Below, in pieces: positions 1 to 16,189 of a stretch of DNA of 64,000 bases; the stretch's first letter is position 1; each line of letters begins with the position of its first letter. Made by a program: the position numbers and the translations under genes. The notes beneath the pieces were generated by a model, which saw nothing but the letters and a program-made list of their open reading frames with translations, searched no databases and was not told where the DNA came from. Source of the DNA: the human T2T-CHM13v2.0 reference genome, Homo sapiens; assembly GCF_009914755.1 (NCBI RefSeq), contig NC_060937.1. The stretch is one strand, 5' to 3'.

Positions 1-254
1 AGGCTGAGGCAGGTGGATCACCTGAGGTCAGGAGTTTGAGACCAGCCTGGACAACATGGTGAAACTCCCGTCTCTACTAAAAAAATACAAAAAGTAGCCA
101 GGTGTGGTGTCGTATGCTAATCTGGAGGCTGCTAATCTCCAGCTAATCTGGAGGCTGAGGCAGGAGGATAGCTTGAACCTGGGAGGCAGAGGTTGTAGTG
201 AGTCAAGATCACGACACTGTGCTTCAGCCTGGGCAACAGAGTGAGACTTCATCT

Positions 255-285
<31 letters not shown>
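1..285 (+). mobile_element. Alu (AluS-like, cut by window start) with ~30-nt poly(A) tail
   Basis: Alu consensus text (gaggtcaggagtttgagaccagcctgg ... gtgagacttcatctc) followed by A-run 256-285. Confidence 0.9.
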
Positions 286-286
<1 letters not shown>

Positions 287-377
287 CACGGGGCAAAGGT
301 GTGGAGAGAGATTCAGCTAGCCCCTGTTTCTTCCAGTTACTCCAGCTGAGGCATCAGATGTGTGGGTGAAGAAACCA

Positions 378-688
378 CCAGACGCGGTGGCTCACGCCTC
401 TAATACCAGCACTTTGGGAGGCCGAGGCGGGCGGATCACGAGGTCAGGAGTTTGAGACCAGCCTGGCCAACATGCTGAAACCCCGTCTCTACTAAAAGTA
501 CAAAAAAGAAAAAAAAAATAGCCGGGCGTGGTGGCGCACGCCTGTAATCCTAGCTACTCAGGAGACTGAGGCAGGAGAACTGGTTGAACACGGGAGGCGG
601 AGGTTGCAGTGAGCTAAGATCGCGCCACTGCGCTCCAGCCTGGGCGACAGAGGGAGAGTCAGTCTCAGAAAAACAACAACATAAAAAC
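378..688 (+). mobile_element. Alu (AluS-like)
   Basis: Dimeric Alu with middle A-rich linker and degenerate A tail. Confidence 0.9.
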
Positions 689-729
689 AGACTGATCATC
701 TGTAGTTTTTGCACAACTGATCACGCCCT

Positions 730-1210
730 CCACTATCTTGTTCGGCGGTCTCGGCGGTCTGGAATCCTCCTAGGCCAGCGAACCTTACTGAACACTGGCG
801 AGGACTCCGCCTCTAGGAATAGAATCGCGGGGTAGGTGGGGTCGTCTGGAGGTAGCTGGCTCCGCCCGGCCCGCGGGCGAGTCCGGAATACAGTTACCCA
901 CCTCAGTTGCCCACCGGAAAGCAAAGGGAGAGGAACCCGCCAGACCAGAAACGGAAGAGAGCGCGGGGGATGTGTTTGGCGTGGGGCGCACTGTTCAGTT
1001 GCTCTCCTGGATGGCTTTATGTCTCCGCGGTGTTTCCTAGAGTCTCGGCGTTTCTACCTCTTCGCACCCTTTCCTGCCACCCTTTGTCCCCTGGAAGCCC
1101 GGAGACATCAGCGGCTGCAATTTTGCTACTCGCTGCTCGGCGTGGAACTGTCAGGTACCGCAGTTCAGCACTTTTGGCTCCGCAGGTCCTCGGGCATCCC
1201 TGTGCCCCGT
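730..1210 (+). promoter_or_regulatory. CpG island / promoter of the duplicated MRPS31 copy (candidate HNRNPA1L2 promoter)
   Basis: High CpG density outside repeats; ETS-type CGGAA motifs (~915, ~952); directly precedes the MRPS31 exon 1 homolog. Confidence 0.75.
1030..1181 (+). pseudogene. MRPS31 pseudo-exon 1 (N-terminal/presequence region)
   Basis: [52 protein letters not shown] vs recalled [50 protein letters not shown]; homologous donor reads GCAGGT at 1182; same-phase CAG|GTACCG at 1154/1155. Confidence 0.85.
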
Positions 1211-2367
1211 GCTGTACATTCAGTTATCCTCCAACTTCCTGGTGTCGATGTTATTACCTGCTGGGTTTTAGAAGCTATTGCTTTAAATCTGAGAAAAGAA
1301 AAATCCCAGAAAGATAAGATGACTTGCCCAAGGAAACATAGCGTGCGTGGAAGACAGAGCTCCAATTACAAGCCGGGTCGCTGTGCCTCATTCGTCTTGT
1401 CATCAACTCCTGTCAGTTTATCCAAGCTCCAAAAGCGAAGTTGTTTTAGCTTTTGCTTCCCAAGATTTATGTGATAGTCTCATTTCTGTTTCCTTCATTT
1501 ATTCTTTAGTTCATTATTGGAAAACTTTACAGCGTGCCAGTACTGGTCATAAACCCCAAGTAAGACAGTCTTGTCATCACGGAGTGTGTAGTTCCAGCAA
1601 GTAGACAATTTAAGTGCTGTGTAGTGAAGTAATTGCTGAGATAGTGTATGGAAGCACAGAGTACACCATTCATCCAACAAGTAATTGCTGGAGGAGCAAA
1701 TAGGGACACCTAACCATTGCAGGGGCGACTCAGGATATCCTTTCTGGAAGAAAAGTCTGATGAAATCTGAAGGACCACTGGTTGAAGTTAGCCAGGAAAG
1801 AAAACGTGTTGCAGCATACTTGGTTTTGCTGTTTATCCTCCGAGTACTTTATTGTTATGAAAGCCTAATTCCACTGTGTAACTTCCATGCATAACACTCA
1901 GAAGCCAGTTAAGTACAGTGCTGAAGCAGGTTAGTAGCAGTGAAGATGGGAAGGACCAGCTGAATGGAGGAGAAAAATTGCCCAGGTAGAATTAAGGGGA
2001 TGTGACATCATGGGATAATGGTAGGGTGGTCAGAGATAGCAAAGATTTCAACTGGCTGCTTTGGAGGATTATGGTATCCTTAACGTTAGCAGAAGAATGC
2101 AGATCCGGGGTTGAGAAAGATTTTTACGTATGTTATAATTTTTGGAAAACAGAAAAAATCTGTTTATGTCAGGGGGCATTTTAATATAGAAGTGTGAAAA
2201 ATGGAAAATCAGTCTGAAAGGGGACGTCTTAAATGTCGTTTTGAAGGTGTTGCATTTGAAGTACTGATGAGATACTGTCAGTGGAAACAAACTCAGGTGG
2301 GAGGTTAGGTTTAGAATTTTATGTTAGTGTTATGGAGTTACTTATACATAATTTTCCTGTAATGTAG

Positions 2368-3084
<717 letters not shown>

Positions 3085-3111
3085 AGTGTTAACTTTAAGT
3101 GTAGAATAATA

Positions 3112-3424
<313 letters not shown>

Positions 3425-3689
3425 TTATTTTCTTAGATTGTACCATATATTGAATATTATGAGAGTCCTGTGTACTTATTATGAGGATACTAGTTTGGCA
3501 ATTGTTTTTTCATTCTAATTTTAAAGTGCCTGATTTGATAGCCTCTGACGTTTTCATAAGCAGATCAGATAGTTTCAGCATTTTTTGAAATTGCCGTTTT
3601 CTCTTTCATGCAAGTGTCCTTAGCCTGTGGCTACTATTTTCTGGCTTTGAGAACTTGATATAGTATTTAACCTAAGGTCTGATACAGGC

Positions 3690-4095
3690 TCTTGAGCTCA
3701 CCTGCATCAGAAGCACCTGGGTCTTATTTAACATGCTGATTCCTGAACCCCATTCCAAACTTACAAACTAAGAATCTTAGGAATCTGTGTTTTAAGTCAG
3801 CTGCCTATGTGATTTGTATAACCTCTAGAGATTCATAACCACTGACCTAACGTCTGTGGGCAGCAGTTTGTTCTGTAAAACGAGAATAATAAAACCTATC
3901 CTTTAAGATTGTAAGGATTAAGTAACATAGGTAACATAGCTACTGTAATGTGGTCCCCTGATCAGCAGAATTAGCAACACCTGGGAGCTTGTTAGAAATG
4001 CAAATTCTCAAGTGTCTCCTGGAAACAGCTACTGAATCAGAGTAGTTTGGTGGGACCAAAGAATCTGTATTTTAGCAAGGAGCATAGATACTTTC
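3690..4095. mobile_element. MER5-like (hAT-Charlie) fragments
   Basis: catcagaagcacctgg... and cacctgggagcttgttagaaatgcaaattctc match recalled MER5A consensus. Confidence 0.55.
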
Positions 4096-4098
4096 TGT

Positions 4099-4364
4099 GG
4101 GCCAGGCACAGTGGCCCAGGCATGTAATCCCAGCACTTAGGGAAGCCTAGGTGGGTGGTGGGAGTTCTAAGTGGGCAGATCCCAGGAGTTCCTGTGCAAC
4201 ATGGGAAACCCATTTCTACAAAAAATTAGTCCCAACTACTCAGGAGGCTGAGGTGGGAGGATCGCCGGAGCCTGGGGAAGTCGAGGCTGCAGTGAGCCAA
4301 GATCACGCCACTGCACTCCAGCCTGTGTGACAGAGCGAGACCCTGTCTCAAAAAAAAAAAAATA
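4099..4364 (+). mobile_element. Degenerate AluJ-like
   Basis: ggccaggcacagtgg start, J-type right arm, A tail. Confidence 0.8.
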
Positions 4365-5460
4365 ATTTCTATATATATTAAAGTGTGAGAAGCAGTGCTG
4401 TAGCACATCAGCTTCATATAAGTAGGGACTATGAAATTCTTATTTACTAATATATTGTCAGTACCTAGTATAGTGCCCAGCACAGAGTAGATATTCACTA
4501 TATTTAATGAATGATTTTTAAATATATTATACCCTCTTACTGAAACTAACACATTCAAAGAGTTTTTAAAGTTCTTTAGTAATCAAGTGCCAAAAGAGGT
4601 TTTTAACTCCACAGAATAAAACTGGATATTTGAGTTACTTAGAATTAGGACATCTTTTGCATGAGTCTAGTATAGATGTAATCATTTGTGGTGTTCTCTT
4701 TCATAAATGTATCTAATGAGGAAAGCAAAAATGACATTTATAGCCATCGATTATTTTCTTTTCTGTTCCATTTTAGCTTAGCTTACAAGTGGTTATGGGT
4801 TAAGTGGCATGTAGCTTGATGAGAATGTTGATCAGATTAAAACAAGACCCACTCAGTTTTTTTTAAAGTAATCTTTTTGATAGAAATTTATTTTTGTATT
4901 ATTTAATTATAACTTTTTAAAGAGGTGTTATGTTAAGATCAAGGACTTGCAGTCAGTCAGATCTGGGTTTGAGAATAATAAATTGTCATTTATTAACCAT
5001 GTCAGAGTTTTTCTACCGAACTCTGGGGTAAATGGTGGGAAGGAACAGATTTGGGAGCACCAGCACCCCCAGGCCTCCCCTGGCCACCCCAAGGAGCAGG
5101 TGATCAATATCTCAGCATACCTCTACTTATTTGTGGCACCCCAGTGTGTCTTAGGCCTTAATGGGCTGTGAGGTGCATGACCTTAGGTAAGTTACTTCTC
5201 TGATTTTCAGTTTCCTTATCTGCAAAATGGAGACCTTAGGGAGTTAATGTGGGTATGAGAAATGTGCATAAAACATATTGCACGAGGTTGAGGCATATAG
5301 TATGTGCTAATAAATGGTAAGTTGCTGCTGCTATGGTTGTTAATAATTATAAAAAGCAAATGGAAAGGGCTTGAATTGAAAAAAAATTTAGATACACGGT
5401 TTTTTGCTTTATTAGCCTGCATTGTATTTTTCATTTTTTTTCTTTAATGCATCTTTCCAG

Positions 5461-5736
5461 GACAAAAAATAATATCCAAAGATATTTTGGCACTAACGGC
5501 GCTATCTGTAGCAAGAAAGTTGAGCAGTGTGAACTGTTGAGACTTCCAAGGAGACTTCAGACAACCAAGACAGTGTAAAGGAAAACAGAGAAAAAGACTT
5601 GTTAGACATTATTAAGGGCACGAAAGTTGAATTGAGCACAGTAAATGTACAAACAACAAAGCCACCCAACAGAAGTTCACTTAAAAGCTACAACTGGCGG
5701 GCCTCAAAGAGCTTTAGGACATGCTCCAAAGAAGAG
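5461..5736 (+). pseudogene. MRPS31 pseudo-exon 2
   Basis: ttccag|G-TKNNIQRYFGTN...[19 protein letters not shown]...APKK-AG|gtaaat; two frameshifting deletions; TAA 5576-5578 in the entry frame. Confidence 0.9.
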
Positions 5737-7229
5737 GTAAATTTAATTGTAATTTGAATGTTGTTTGAAAGTAATTTTTAAAATTCCAGTAAGCTTTTTC
5801 TTTTTGCAAAAAATGTTTTTAGTACAAGTACTTGGGAGATATTGAATTAATGAAGAAAAAAATATCAGCTAATAAACACAGGGAGTCTAATAATTACTTG
5901 AGAAATGCTGTAATTGTATTATATTTAAATAACAAGAGGATATCTGTACACAATCCAGTGAAAGGAAGAGAGAAGTGATCTCATTGAGAATTCTACACTC
6001 TTACATACTTATTGGTGTTATTAACTGCTACTTAACTGCCTCTTTAAGCTGTTAATTAACAATATCATTTACATCTTGATTTGAAGGTAGCTTCATGTCT
6101 GTAAAGGACTCACTTATTTGAAATTTTCCATTTAAAAAATTTTTTCTGGAATAAAGTTTAGCACGTTGATTACAACTGCTCTGTATGACTTCCTGTGACC
6201 AATAACTATCCGTGCTTTCAGCTTTCCTGGCTTCCTCAGAGCATTGTAATTACTTGTGCTTGTCAAAAGAGTATTTAATTCTAAGTGCAATCAGTAATAT
6301 CTTGGCATTGTGTTGTAGGTTAAATGGCAGTTTTTTTTTTTAATGATACATAATGATGTATTTCAGGGATGTCATTAATTCAAGTAGTAAGGTGTGTGGC
6401 TTTAGGATACCCATCACTGACTTCCCTTATCAGAACAAACAGATAATATAGGCTTCTGTTTTCCAGAATGATTTAACATTTTAATGGAACTTCTTGGTTT
6501 CTACATGGTATCAAAAATACCTCTGGAAAGTATAATTGGGTGGTAGAGTAAGCTAATTCAGACAATCAGTACCCATAATAGGTACTTCCTCCTCGTCCTA
6601 CTCTTTAGAAACAAAACAGTTACATATAAGTATGTGGAAGTAAATAACACAAACATATAAATACATATCAAGAATGGCATTTTTAAGGCTACCAGACCTG
6701 TTTATGACCCCTCATGCCCTTTATTTTAATTTAATTAACTATTACAGAAATGGTAAAGTGAGTTGAATGCTTTGGAAAGAGTCAGTAAAGGTCACGTAAA
6801 CAATTTCTTTCCAATTAGGCATGAGTGAGACAAATATACATACGCAGGAGCATCATACCCTTAGATTGCTTTGTAAGCTATCTCACATTCTTGCTCCACT
6901 TTTCCACTTAAACCAAAATTGAAAATATTGCAGGATGGGTGTGATGTATGTAAAATATATGCCTTAGAACCTTTTATCAGTGGTCCTGTGTTTAAAAAAG
7001 AGGCTTTGGTCCTACATCAAAAGACTGGTGAACAAGGTGCATCTGTTTTGAGTTTTTAAAAGGTGTCTTTTAATGATTTTTGCCTCCCCTCCCCGCTTTT
7101 CAAGGACTTCCAGGATGCATGGGATTAGATGAGTCATGATCTTTGCTTCATGAGGCACTGTCATCATAGCTTCATGCATAGCCTGCTTTTCTTTCTTTGT
7201 ATTATATATTAAATCCCCATTGATATGGT

Positions 7230-7940
7230 TACCATAGTTACACTACCTCCCAAACTTAGTGGCATAAAACATTCACTCATTATGCTCACAGATTCTGTGG
7301 GTTAGCAGTTTGGCTGGAACACAGCGGGGAAGGCCAGTCTGTGCTCTATGATGTCTGGGTCCTCAGTTGGAAGACTTAGAAATCTGAGGCTGGAATCATC
7401 TGAAGTTTGCCCACTCATAGGTCTGGCAGTTGATGCCAGCTGTCAGCTGAGACCTTAGCTGAGGGTGTTAGCAGAAACACCTACATGTGGCTTTCTTTGT
7501 GGCCTGGGCTTTCTCACCGCATGGTGGCTGGGTTCCAGGGTGGGTGTCTCAAGAGAAAGTGAGCCAAGAGGAAGTTGTATTTTGTTTTGTTTTGTTTTGT
7601 TTTTGAGATGGAGTCTCGCTCTGTCACCCAGGCTGGAGTGCAGTGGCGCGGTCTTGGCTCACTGCTATCTCCACCTCCTGGGTTCAAGCAGTTCTCTGCC
7701 TCAGCCTCCCGAGTAGCTGGGATTACAGGTGCCTGCCACCATGCCTGGCAAATTTTTGTATTTTTAGTAGAGATGGGGTTTCACCATGTTGGCCAGGCTG
7801 GTCTTGAACTCCTGACTTTGTGATCCACCCTCCTCGGCCTCCCCAAGTGCTGGGATTACAGGCACGCCACCGTGCCTGGCCAGTTGTATTTTCTTTTTAA
7901 TGACCTAGCCTTGTAATAAGATTGGACATTACCATGTTTA
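7230..7940. mobile_element. MaLR (MLT1-like) LTR interrupted by an antisense Alu (~7580-7881)
   Basis: ccaaacttagtggcataaaac...ctcacagattctgtggg...ggctggaatcatctgaag typical of MLT1; Alu flanked by AGTTGTATTTT repeats. Confidence 0.65.
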
Positions 7941-8049
7941 CCCTCTTCCACATTGATTTTCCTAGGATATTTGTTTTTACCACAACCACTTCTGAGACAC
8001 CGTCTTAACAAGGATAATGTCATTGATAGGAATGGAGTAATATACATTT

Positions 8050-8212
8050 GGCCCTCTGTATGCGTAGGTTCTGCATCCACAGATAACTTCTGATAACGTT
8101 TTTTAAGAAACACAGAAAAAAATACCAATTAAAAAATACAGTATAACAACTACTTATGTAGCATTTGTTATATTAGGTATTACAAGTAATCTAGAGATGA
8201 TTTAAAAGTATT
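8050..8212. mobile_element. MER2-like (Tigger) DNA transposon fragment
   Basis: ggccctctgtat..ggttctgcatcc...attaggtattacaagtaatctagagatgatttaaa. Confidence 0.6.
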
Positions 8213-8218
8213 CTCGAG

Positions 8219-8517
<299 letters not shown>

Positions 8518-8588
8518 GTTATGAAGGGGAAAAGTATGTATTCATGAAATAGTTTTAATTACAGGATTGAATAGATTGTTAAAAGATA

Positions 8589-8885
<297 letters not shown>

Positions 8886-9244
8886 TGAAAGATACTTTAA
8901 CAAGTTCTCATTACATTGTTAAAATCTATGAAGAAAGATCCTTGTATGTAAAAATTATCTTGTTCAATGACACAGGCTCCCTACAATTTTTATTAATTAG
9001 AACTTTATAAATTATAAAGCCAGAGACTATAACTATGAAGGAAATTATTGTTATGAAATGCATGATTCTGAAAAATGAATATTCACCTATGTTCTGTGCC
9101 TACTCTGATCAAATACATATATTAAAATTTGAAAATGAAGTTTACAAGTGGTTTATGAAAGAAATAACAATGATGTGGAATACGGTTAAAGCTTTATTCA
9201 CAGATAACAGTTCTGAAAGTACATTTCATTTTAACTATTATATT

Positions 9245-9594
<350 letters not shown>

Positions 9595-10009
9595 TAGATC
9601 TTCCATATATATCTCAATTAAGTCCTTAAAATCTTTCTCCAAGAACTTTAGGAATTTGGGAGCTTTAATTTGAATATTAGGTAATAGATCATAATACAGA
9701 AAGCCAGGCATAATAAAATATTAATTTGGGTCCCACTTATTGAGATGGCAGTTCTCAGTGAGTTTAAAAATGTCGCAAATAGCCAGGTATGGTGACAGAT
9801 GCCTGTAGTCCAAGCTACTCAGGAAGATGATGTGGGAGGATTGCTTGAACCCAGGACTTCGAGGCCAGACTTCACGACATACTGAGATCCCATCTCTTAA
9901 AAAAAAAAAAAAAAAAGGAAACAATGTTGTATACAGTTTACTTTCTTTTCATAATAGGATGTTTTTATATTAACTTGCTCTAATTTATTTAGGAAGCTTT
10001 TAAAAGCTT

Positions 10010-10580
10010 TTTCTTATGAAAAATTTAAAATATACGCAAAGTACGCAAAATGGTACAGTGAACCCCTTTATACTGTCACCCAGCTTCAACAATGATCAAC
10101 ATTTTACTATTCTTGTATTATATATACCTTCACCCAGTTTTCATCTCCTACTTGATAATGATTGATGGCTTTTTTTTTTCAGGTAAAATTTACATACATT
10201 AAAGTGTACAAATCTTAGCTGGAGGATTTTGACAAATGGATAAGCCCATGTGACCCACACACTTAACCAAGACACTGTGTTTCCCATTTTCACCTTCCCA
10301 GTTAGTAGCCTTCTGTCCTGAGGCAATTGTTGTCTTGATTGTTTTTTCACCTCAGATTAGTTTTGCCTGTTCTGGCACTTGACAGCAATGGAATCATACA
10401 GAATATATTCTGTGTCCAACTTCTTTCACTTGCTCTAATATCTGTGAGAATCATTCATGTTGGCATGAGCTGAGTACTCTTCCATTGTTTGGATATCTGA
10501 CAATTTGTTTTTTCATTCTAACAACAGACCTTAGGTTGGTTCCAGTTTGGGGCTATTATGAGTAAAGCTTCTGTGAACAG
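10010..10580 (-). mobile_element. Old L1M 3'-end fragment
   Basis: aagtgtacaaatctt...gattagttttgcctgttct...ccagtttggggctattatg typical of antisense L1M 3' UTR. Confidence 0.6.
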
Positions 10581-10909
10581 GTTAAGCTGCCTTAATATTT
10601 GCTTGCAATATATATTGTTTTTGAAATACAATAGCATCTAATTGAAAATTCCACTAATTTATAATTTTTGAGGCTGATCCCTCATCCCTCCACCTTAATA
10701 TATTGTTCTGAATTAGCATTTCAAAGTTTATATAAAACTGGTACCTAATAGTTGAGAATTCCTGCTTTTGTCAGATATTGAATTGAATGATACTTTTTTG
10801 ATCAACAGAAAATTTTCCCCCCAAAATCATTTTGCTTTTCACTAAACTACTGGCATAATAAGCAATCTCTCTTTTTTCTTTCTCATTTGGTTTTCATTTT
10901 CTTTTTCAG

Positions 10910-11050
10910 AAATGAGCCCCTGAGTCCTGAGTTGGTGGCAGCTGCATCTGCTGCTCTGTTTTGACAAGCAAACAAGCCAGAACTGCTCAGGCAGCTCCGT
11001 AGCATGAGGAAGAGTCAGGGGCACAGAGAGATGGAGAGAGACCTAGTTAG
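10910..11050 (+). pseudogene. MRPS31 pseudo-exon 3
   Basis: tttcag|A-NEPLSPELVAAASA...; deletions; TGA 10962-10964; ends TTAG|gtaagt. Confidence 0.9.
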
Positions 11051-11632
11051 GTAAGTGAATCAAACCATTAGGTTAGTAATGTTTATATCTCAAAATAGGC
11101 CATTTTCATGTGGCTAGTAAGTAATACACATAATATATACCACATAAGTGGAATTTACATATAGAATATACCATATAAGTAGAATTTTAGCAATTCAAGT
11201 TTTTAAAAAACTTATGTCTTAAGTAAGATTATAGTTTTAAGAGACCAATTGAATAGTTACTGTCCTTTTAGGAAGTTACAGTTTCTTGTCCATGAAACAA
11301 GGAATGATAAATTCAGTAATGTTATTAAAAATAACAGAATAAGATAGCTTTTCTGAGAAAAGTAATTTTTTTTTCAGTTAAATAGCTTGCTGGTTTTATG
11401 CATGGTATAGCAATCTTCAGGTCTGTTTCCTTCTCTTTTTCCTCCTATTCTTATGTTTAAGCTGACATCTTTCCACTTACTCTCTTCATCTCTCATTATT
11501 TTATGCTACGTTAGACTCCTTGCTGCCTACATTGTAGTAAGTGGTAACACTGCTTCATTTTGGAGAGTGATCTAAATCTGTTATTCCCAATGAGCGTGTG
11601 TACCAGATGTATTTCGGGAAGTTAAAAGAAAT

Positions 11633-11941
11633 GGCCATGTGTGGTGGCTCATGCCCGTAATCCCAGCACTTTGTGAGGCTGAGGTGAGAGGATCACTTGA
11701 GGCCAGGAATTTGAGACCAGTCTGGGCAGCAAAACAAGACCCCATCTTTACAAACCATAAAAAAATTAGCTGGGCATTGTGGCATGTGCCGGCAGTTCTA
11801 GCTACTTTGGGGGCTAAGGCTGGAGGATGGCTTAAGTCCAGAGTTTGAGGCTGCATTGAGTTAAGATAGGCACCACTGCCCTCCAGTCTGGGCGACAGCG
11901 AGAGACCCTGTCTCTGAAAGAAATTATATTTAAAAAAAAAG
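11633..11941 (+). mobile_element. AluJ-like
   Basis: Dimeric Alu with gaggatcacttgaggccagg. Confidence 0.85.
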
Positions 11942-12282
11942 AAAACCATAAATATCTGTACTGTCAGTTCAGTGACTCATTTTGTTTGTGTTTGAACAAA
12001 TACAAGGGCAATAAATAAATACATCTATCTTGGTTTTAATTTAGTTATTGAATATAGGTGATAGGCATACAGATACTGATTGTACTTTCTGTTCATTTTC
12101 TTGGAATAATTTTTCATGTGACACTTTTATGTTTGAAATGAATATTTCTGAAGAACATCTTTAAAAGACAAGTAAACAAAAATTGTAATGTTCTGTTATG
12201 TGAATGTTAATAGATGACTTTTTAAAATTTAATTTAAACATAACTTTGTATGCTGTATAATTAGTGGATAAAAATGAAATAA

Positions 12283-12647
<365 letters not shown>

Positions 12648-12690
12648 GTAGCTGAGATTTCTAATGCACTTGACCTTTTTATTATTTCAG

Positions 12691-12831
12691 TTTCAATAAC
12701 AAAATATCAGATATGAAAATTGCCAGATGTGCTACAGCTAGAATTAATATAAGGCCAGAGCATCAGATTCAGTTTGACCAAGGCTATGACAATTATCCTG
12801 GCCTGGAGAAGACTGCTGATCTTAGAAACAG
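12691..12831 (+). pseudogene. MRPS31 pseudo-exon 4 (frame intact)
   Basis: tttcag|[49 protein letters not shown]|gtatca; 141 nt. Confidence 0.9.
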
Positions 12832-13279
12832 GTATCAGGCTTTGTAGTCTGCTGGGTTTTGTTTGTATAGTTTGGTTTTACCTTGACTGTAGATTTACCT
12901 TATTGTGGGTGTGTATGATTGCTGTTGGATATGTGAGCATTATGAATGCATTTACATCTGTGTTCTTACTCTCTGTATACCACTTCCTAGAGAGGGAACC
13001 ATGTGCTGGAGTTAGCCAGTCCTGCATTTTTCTATACCTTAAATCAAAATAGGCCATGCTTCATATCTACCCATGATGAATAGGGTTCCTTTGATTTAGA
13101 ATAAATAGAGCTGACTGAATTCTGAACAAGTGAGTATTTTGTAAGAAACATTATTTTTCATTTTAAATATCAATGCCTAATACTGTGTATTCATTTACCC
13201 TTTATATCTCTATACATGCTTATCTTTTGTTACACCTTAGAGAAATGACCCACCATCAACGAAAAGAAAGAAAGGCGTA

Positions 13280-13547
<268 letters not shown>

Positions 13548-13737
13548 TTATTTGTGGCTATTTGAAATTACTGAAGTTCTTAAAGATGGTGAGCCATGTC
13601 TTACATAGTTATTTTAGAATCTAAAGTTGTTCTGTATTTACATAAAGTTTCTATTCTTTCTCTCCTTTAAACCCTGAAAGTGGTAGTTGAGAAGGAGGAG
13701 CCAGATATTTGGCATGGTCTGACAAAAGTTAACGTGT

Positions 13738-14043
13738 CTTTTATTTATTTATTTGTTTATTTTTTTGAGACGGAGTCTCACTCTGTCGCCCAGGCTGGAG
13801 TGAAGTGGCACCATCTTGGCCCACTGCAACCTCTGCCTCCTGGGTTCTAGCGATTCTCCTGACAGCCTCCCCAGTAGCTGGGATTACAGGTGTGCACCAC
13901 CATGCCCAGCTCATTTTTGTATTTTTAGTAGAGACAGGGTTTCACCATGTTGGCCAGGCTGGTAACTCCTGACCTCAAGTGATCTGCCCACCTCGGCCTC
14001 CCAAAGTGCTGGGATTACAGGTGTGAGCCACCACGCCCGGCCT
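13738..14043 (-). mobile_element. Alu (AluS-like)
   Basis: Reverse-complement Alu; TAAC(G/C)TGTCTTT on both flanks. Confidence 0.88.
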
Positions 14044-15406
14044 AACCTGTCTTTATAGCAGGATATGCTCACAGTTGGAGTGTTTTCAATACATTGTGTA
14101 TTCCGTGGATTTGTTTTAAGTAAAATCAGGCACTTGAGTTAACTCCTTCTGGGTGTTAAATTAGTGATTTATACAGGAAAGTTGGAAAAGGTGGTTAGCA
14201 GTTAACACAGGAAGTTCAAGAGTTTATGGTGACTTTGGAATATTATTTGAATTACTAATTTAAAGTGATTTAGTATCTGTTACATATTATTGAATAAAGT
14301 AGAAAGTGTTCTTGGAGTTTTACTTAAGAATGTTTAACTGAGTCAGTTAATACCGGAGAAAATTTAACTGAATCATTCAGCTTGCATATAATACTGTGCA
14401 GCTACATCGGGATGGCATATTTGATTTTTAATATTAGATTTGATATTTAATATTTTAAAAATTAGGTGGCAAAGGAGAAACTAAAAAAGTAGGAAAGGGG
14501 TTCCTGTGCCTTCAGTGTGTTAAAAAGCCAGCTAAAGGGGAGTAAGGGGAAGCAATGGTGAGATGCCAAGTTGTTCACCCTGATATGACTTGGGCAGGGT
14601 CTGGGGTATCAACCCCAGACAACCCAGGCCTGGACTTATTGCTTCTGTTGGAAATTGACAGTTCACACTGGCCTTTCTCAGAATGTTGGCACTGCCACTG
14701 ACTAATTCTGTGACCGGGGCACCTTTTATAGCCTCCATCAGCCTGTTTCCCCAGCTGTAAAATGCTGAAAGTGAAACCTAGCTTAAATGGCTTTCTTGAG
14801 GAATAGAAAAGAAACCACGTATAAACTCTCTGGTACATAGTAGGTGCTCAGCAAATGTCCATTCCCTTTCTCTGTTGTGCATTCCTCTTTTGAAGTTCAG
14901 TGCTTTACCAAGGCATTTCCTCTCTGCCGTGACTTGCTTTAATCCACCATCCTGTTCACCGGACGTTCGGTTGAGAAAGAAGAATGCAAGGCACTGAGGA
15001 AAGTTCTGGAGCAGAAAAGCCTTTGTTTACAAATAACTTGGGAACCTGCTAGAGGAAAACTTGTATGACTTGAAATCACATTACTTAATGTTCATATGAT
15101 ATTTTCATTTTTTCCGGTTCTATTTAGTAGAGAAAAGTAGTTTAGTCCATAAAAAAAGAATTTAGAATTATTTTTAAAATTAGCCCTCCAGTTTATAAAC
15201 TGGATTTTAATCTGCCAGTAAGTTTATTCAAGTAAATATGTAAATTGATGCATAAAACAGTTGATTATCAAGTTTGCAAGAAAATGTTACCTGTTAACTC
15301 TGATATTAATTTCAATGGTTAAAAAGTCATGTAAAGAAAGTTAATTATTTTACAGAATGATTGCTTTATGAAAGGGAATGTTGTGATTTACCTATATAAT
15401 CTTTTG

Positions 15407-15562
15407 TAATTATAATTTGTAATTAAACATTGCAGTGTTTCCTGCCCTTAAAAACAAGTGTTGACTCTTTTTAACAGCTTCTTTTAATTATAATTTGTAA
15501 TTAAACATTGCAGTGTTTCCTGCCCTTAAAAACAAGTGTTGACTCTTTTTAACAGCTTCTTT
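15407..15562. repeat. Perfect 2 x 78-bp tandem duplication
   Basis: taattataatttgtaattaaacattgcag...aacagcttctttt at 15407 and again at 15485. Confidence 0.95.
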
Positions 15563-15893
15563 TTAGCATAGTTTTATAATTTTTCACAACATGGAGTTTT
15601 TAAAACTTAATATAAAAGGGAACAAATAAAAATTAATGCTAATTGAGCTAATCTTTTCAGTTGGATATTTTGGAAATTAAGTTGCTGTAACTGATTTGTT
15701 GTATTATGAAGCAAAACTTCAAGTGCACATTTCTGTTTTTAGTCTATCAGTCCTAAAAATGTGGCAATTTAGCTAAGATGTTTGATGTACGTCAGTGGAA
15801 TTATTTTGAATTTTTACATAGAATATTTCACTTAAATTTTTTTCTCATAATTTTGTTGACAGTTTATATTCATTAAAATGTTCTTTTTTTTAG

Positions 15894-15966
15894 GAAAAAT
15901 ATATTCAGGGGGAAGAGATGTAATAGATTTCACATTATGGCAGTTACTAAAGAAGCACGTGAACAG
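15894..15966 (+). pseudogene. MRPS31 pseudo-exon 5
   Basis: ttttag|G-KNIFRGKRCNRFHIMAVTKEARE..|gtttgt vs recalled [24 protein letters not shown]; 1-nt deletion near the 3' end. Confidence 0.88.
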
Positions 15967-16189
15967 GTTTGTTAAGAATAACTATTTCTCAGGTGGAAAA
16001 ATATTCCATCTTTTCAAGATGTCCTTAGTGTTCTGATGGTGTAATAGTTGGATATTTTAATATTCCCTCCTGTCATTGGCCTGGATTCGAATCATGAATG
16101 TGGCGGTTGTTAGAAGGAAAACTTGGGACTGTAAATTGGGAAGGCATTGAGAGACCAAAGAATAATTTGGGCAAGACCAGCTTGATGAA

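Noticed and set aside
836-1474. 212-aa ORF in the first CpG island
   Set aside because: Non-ATG start, no recognisable homology, out of frame with the MRPS31-like sequence and running into the intron; typical GC-rich chance ORF
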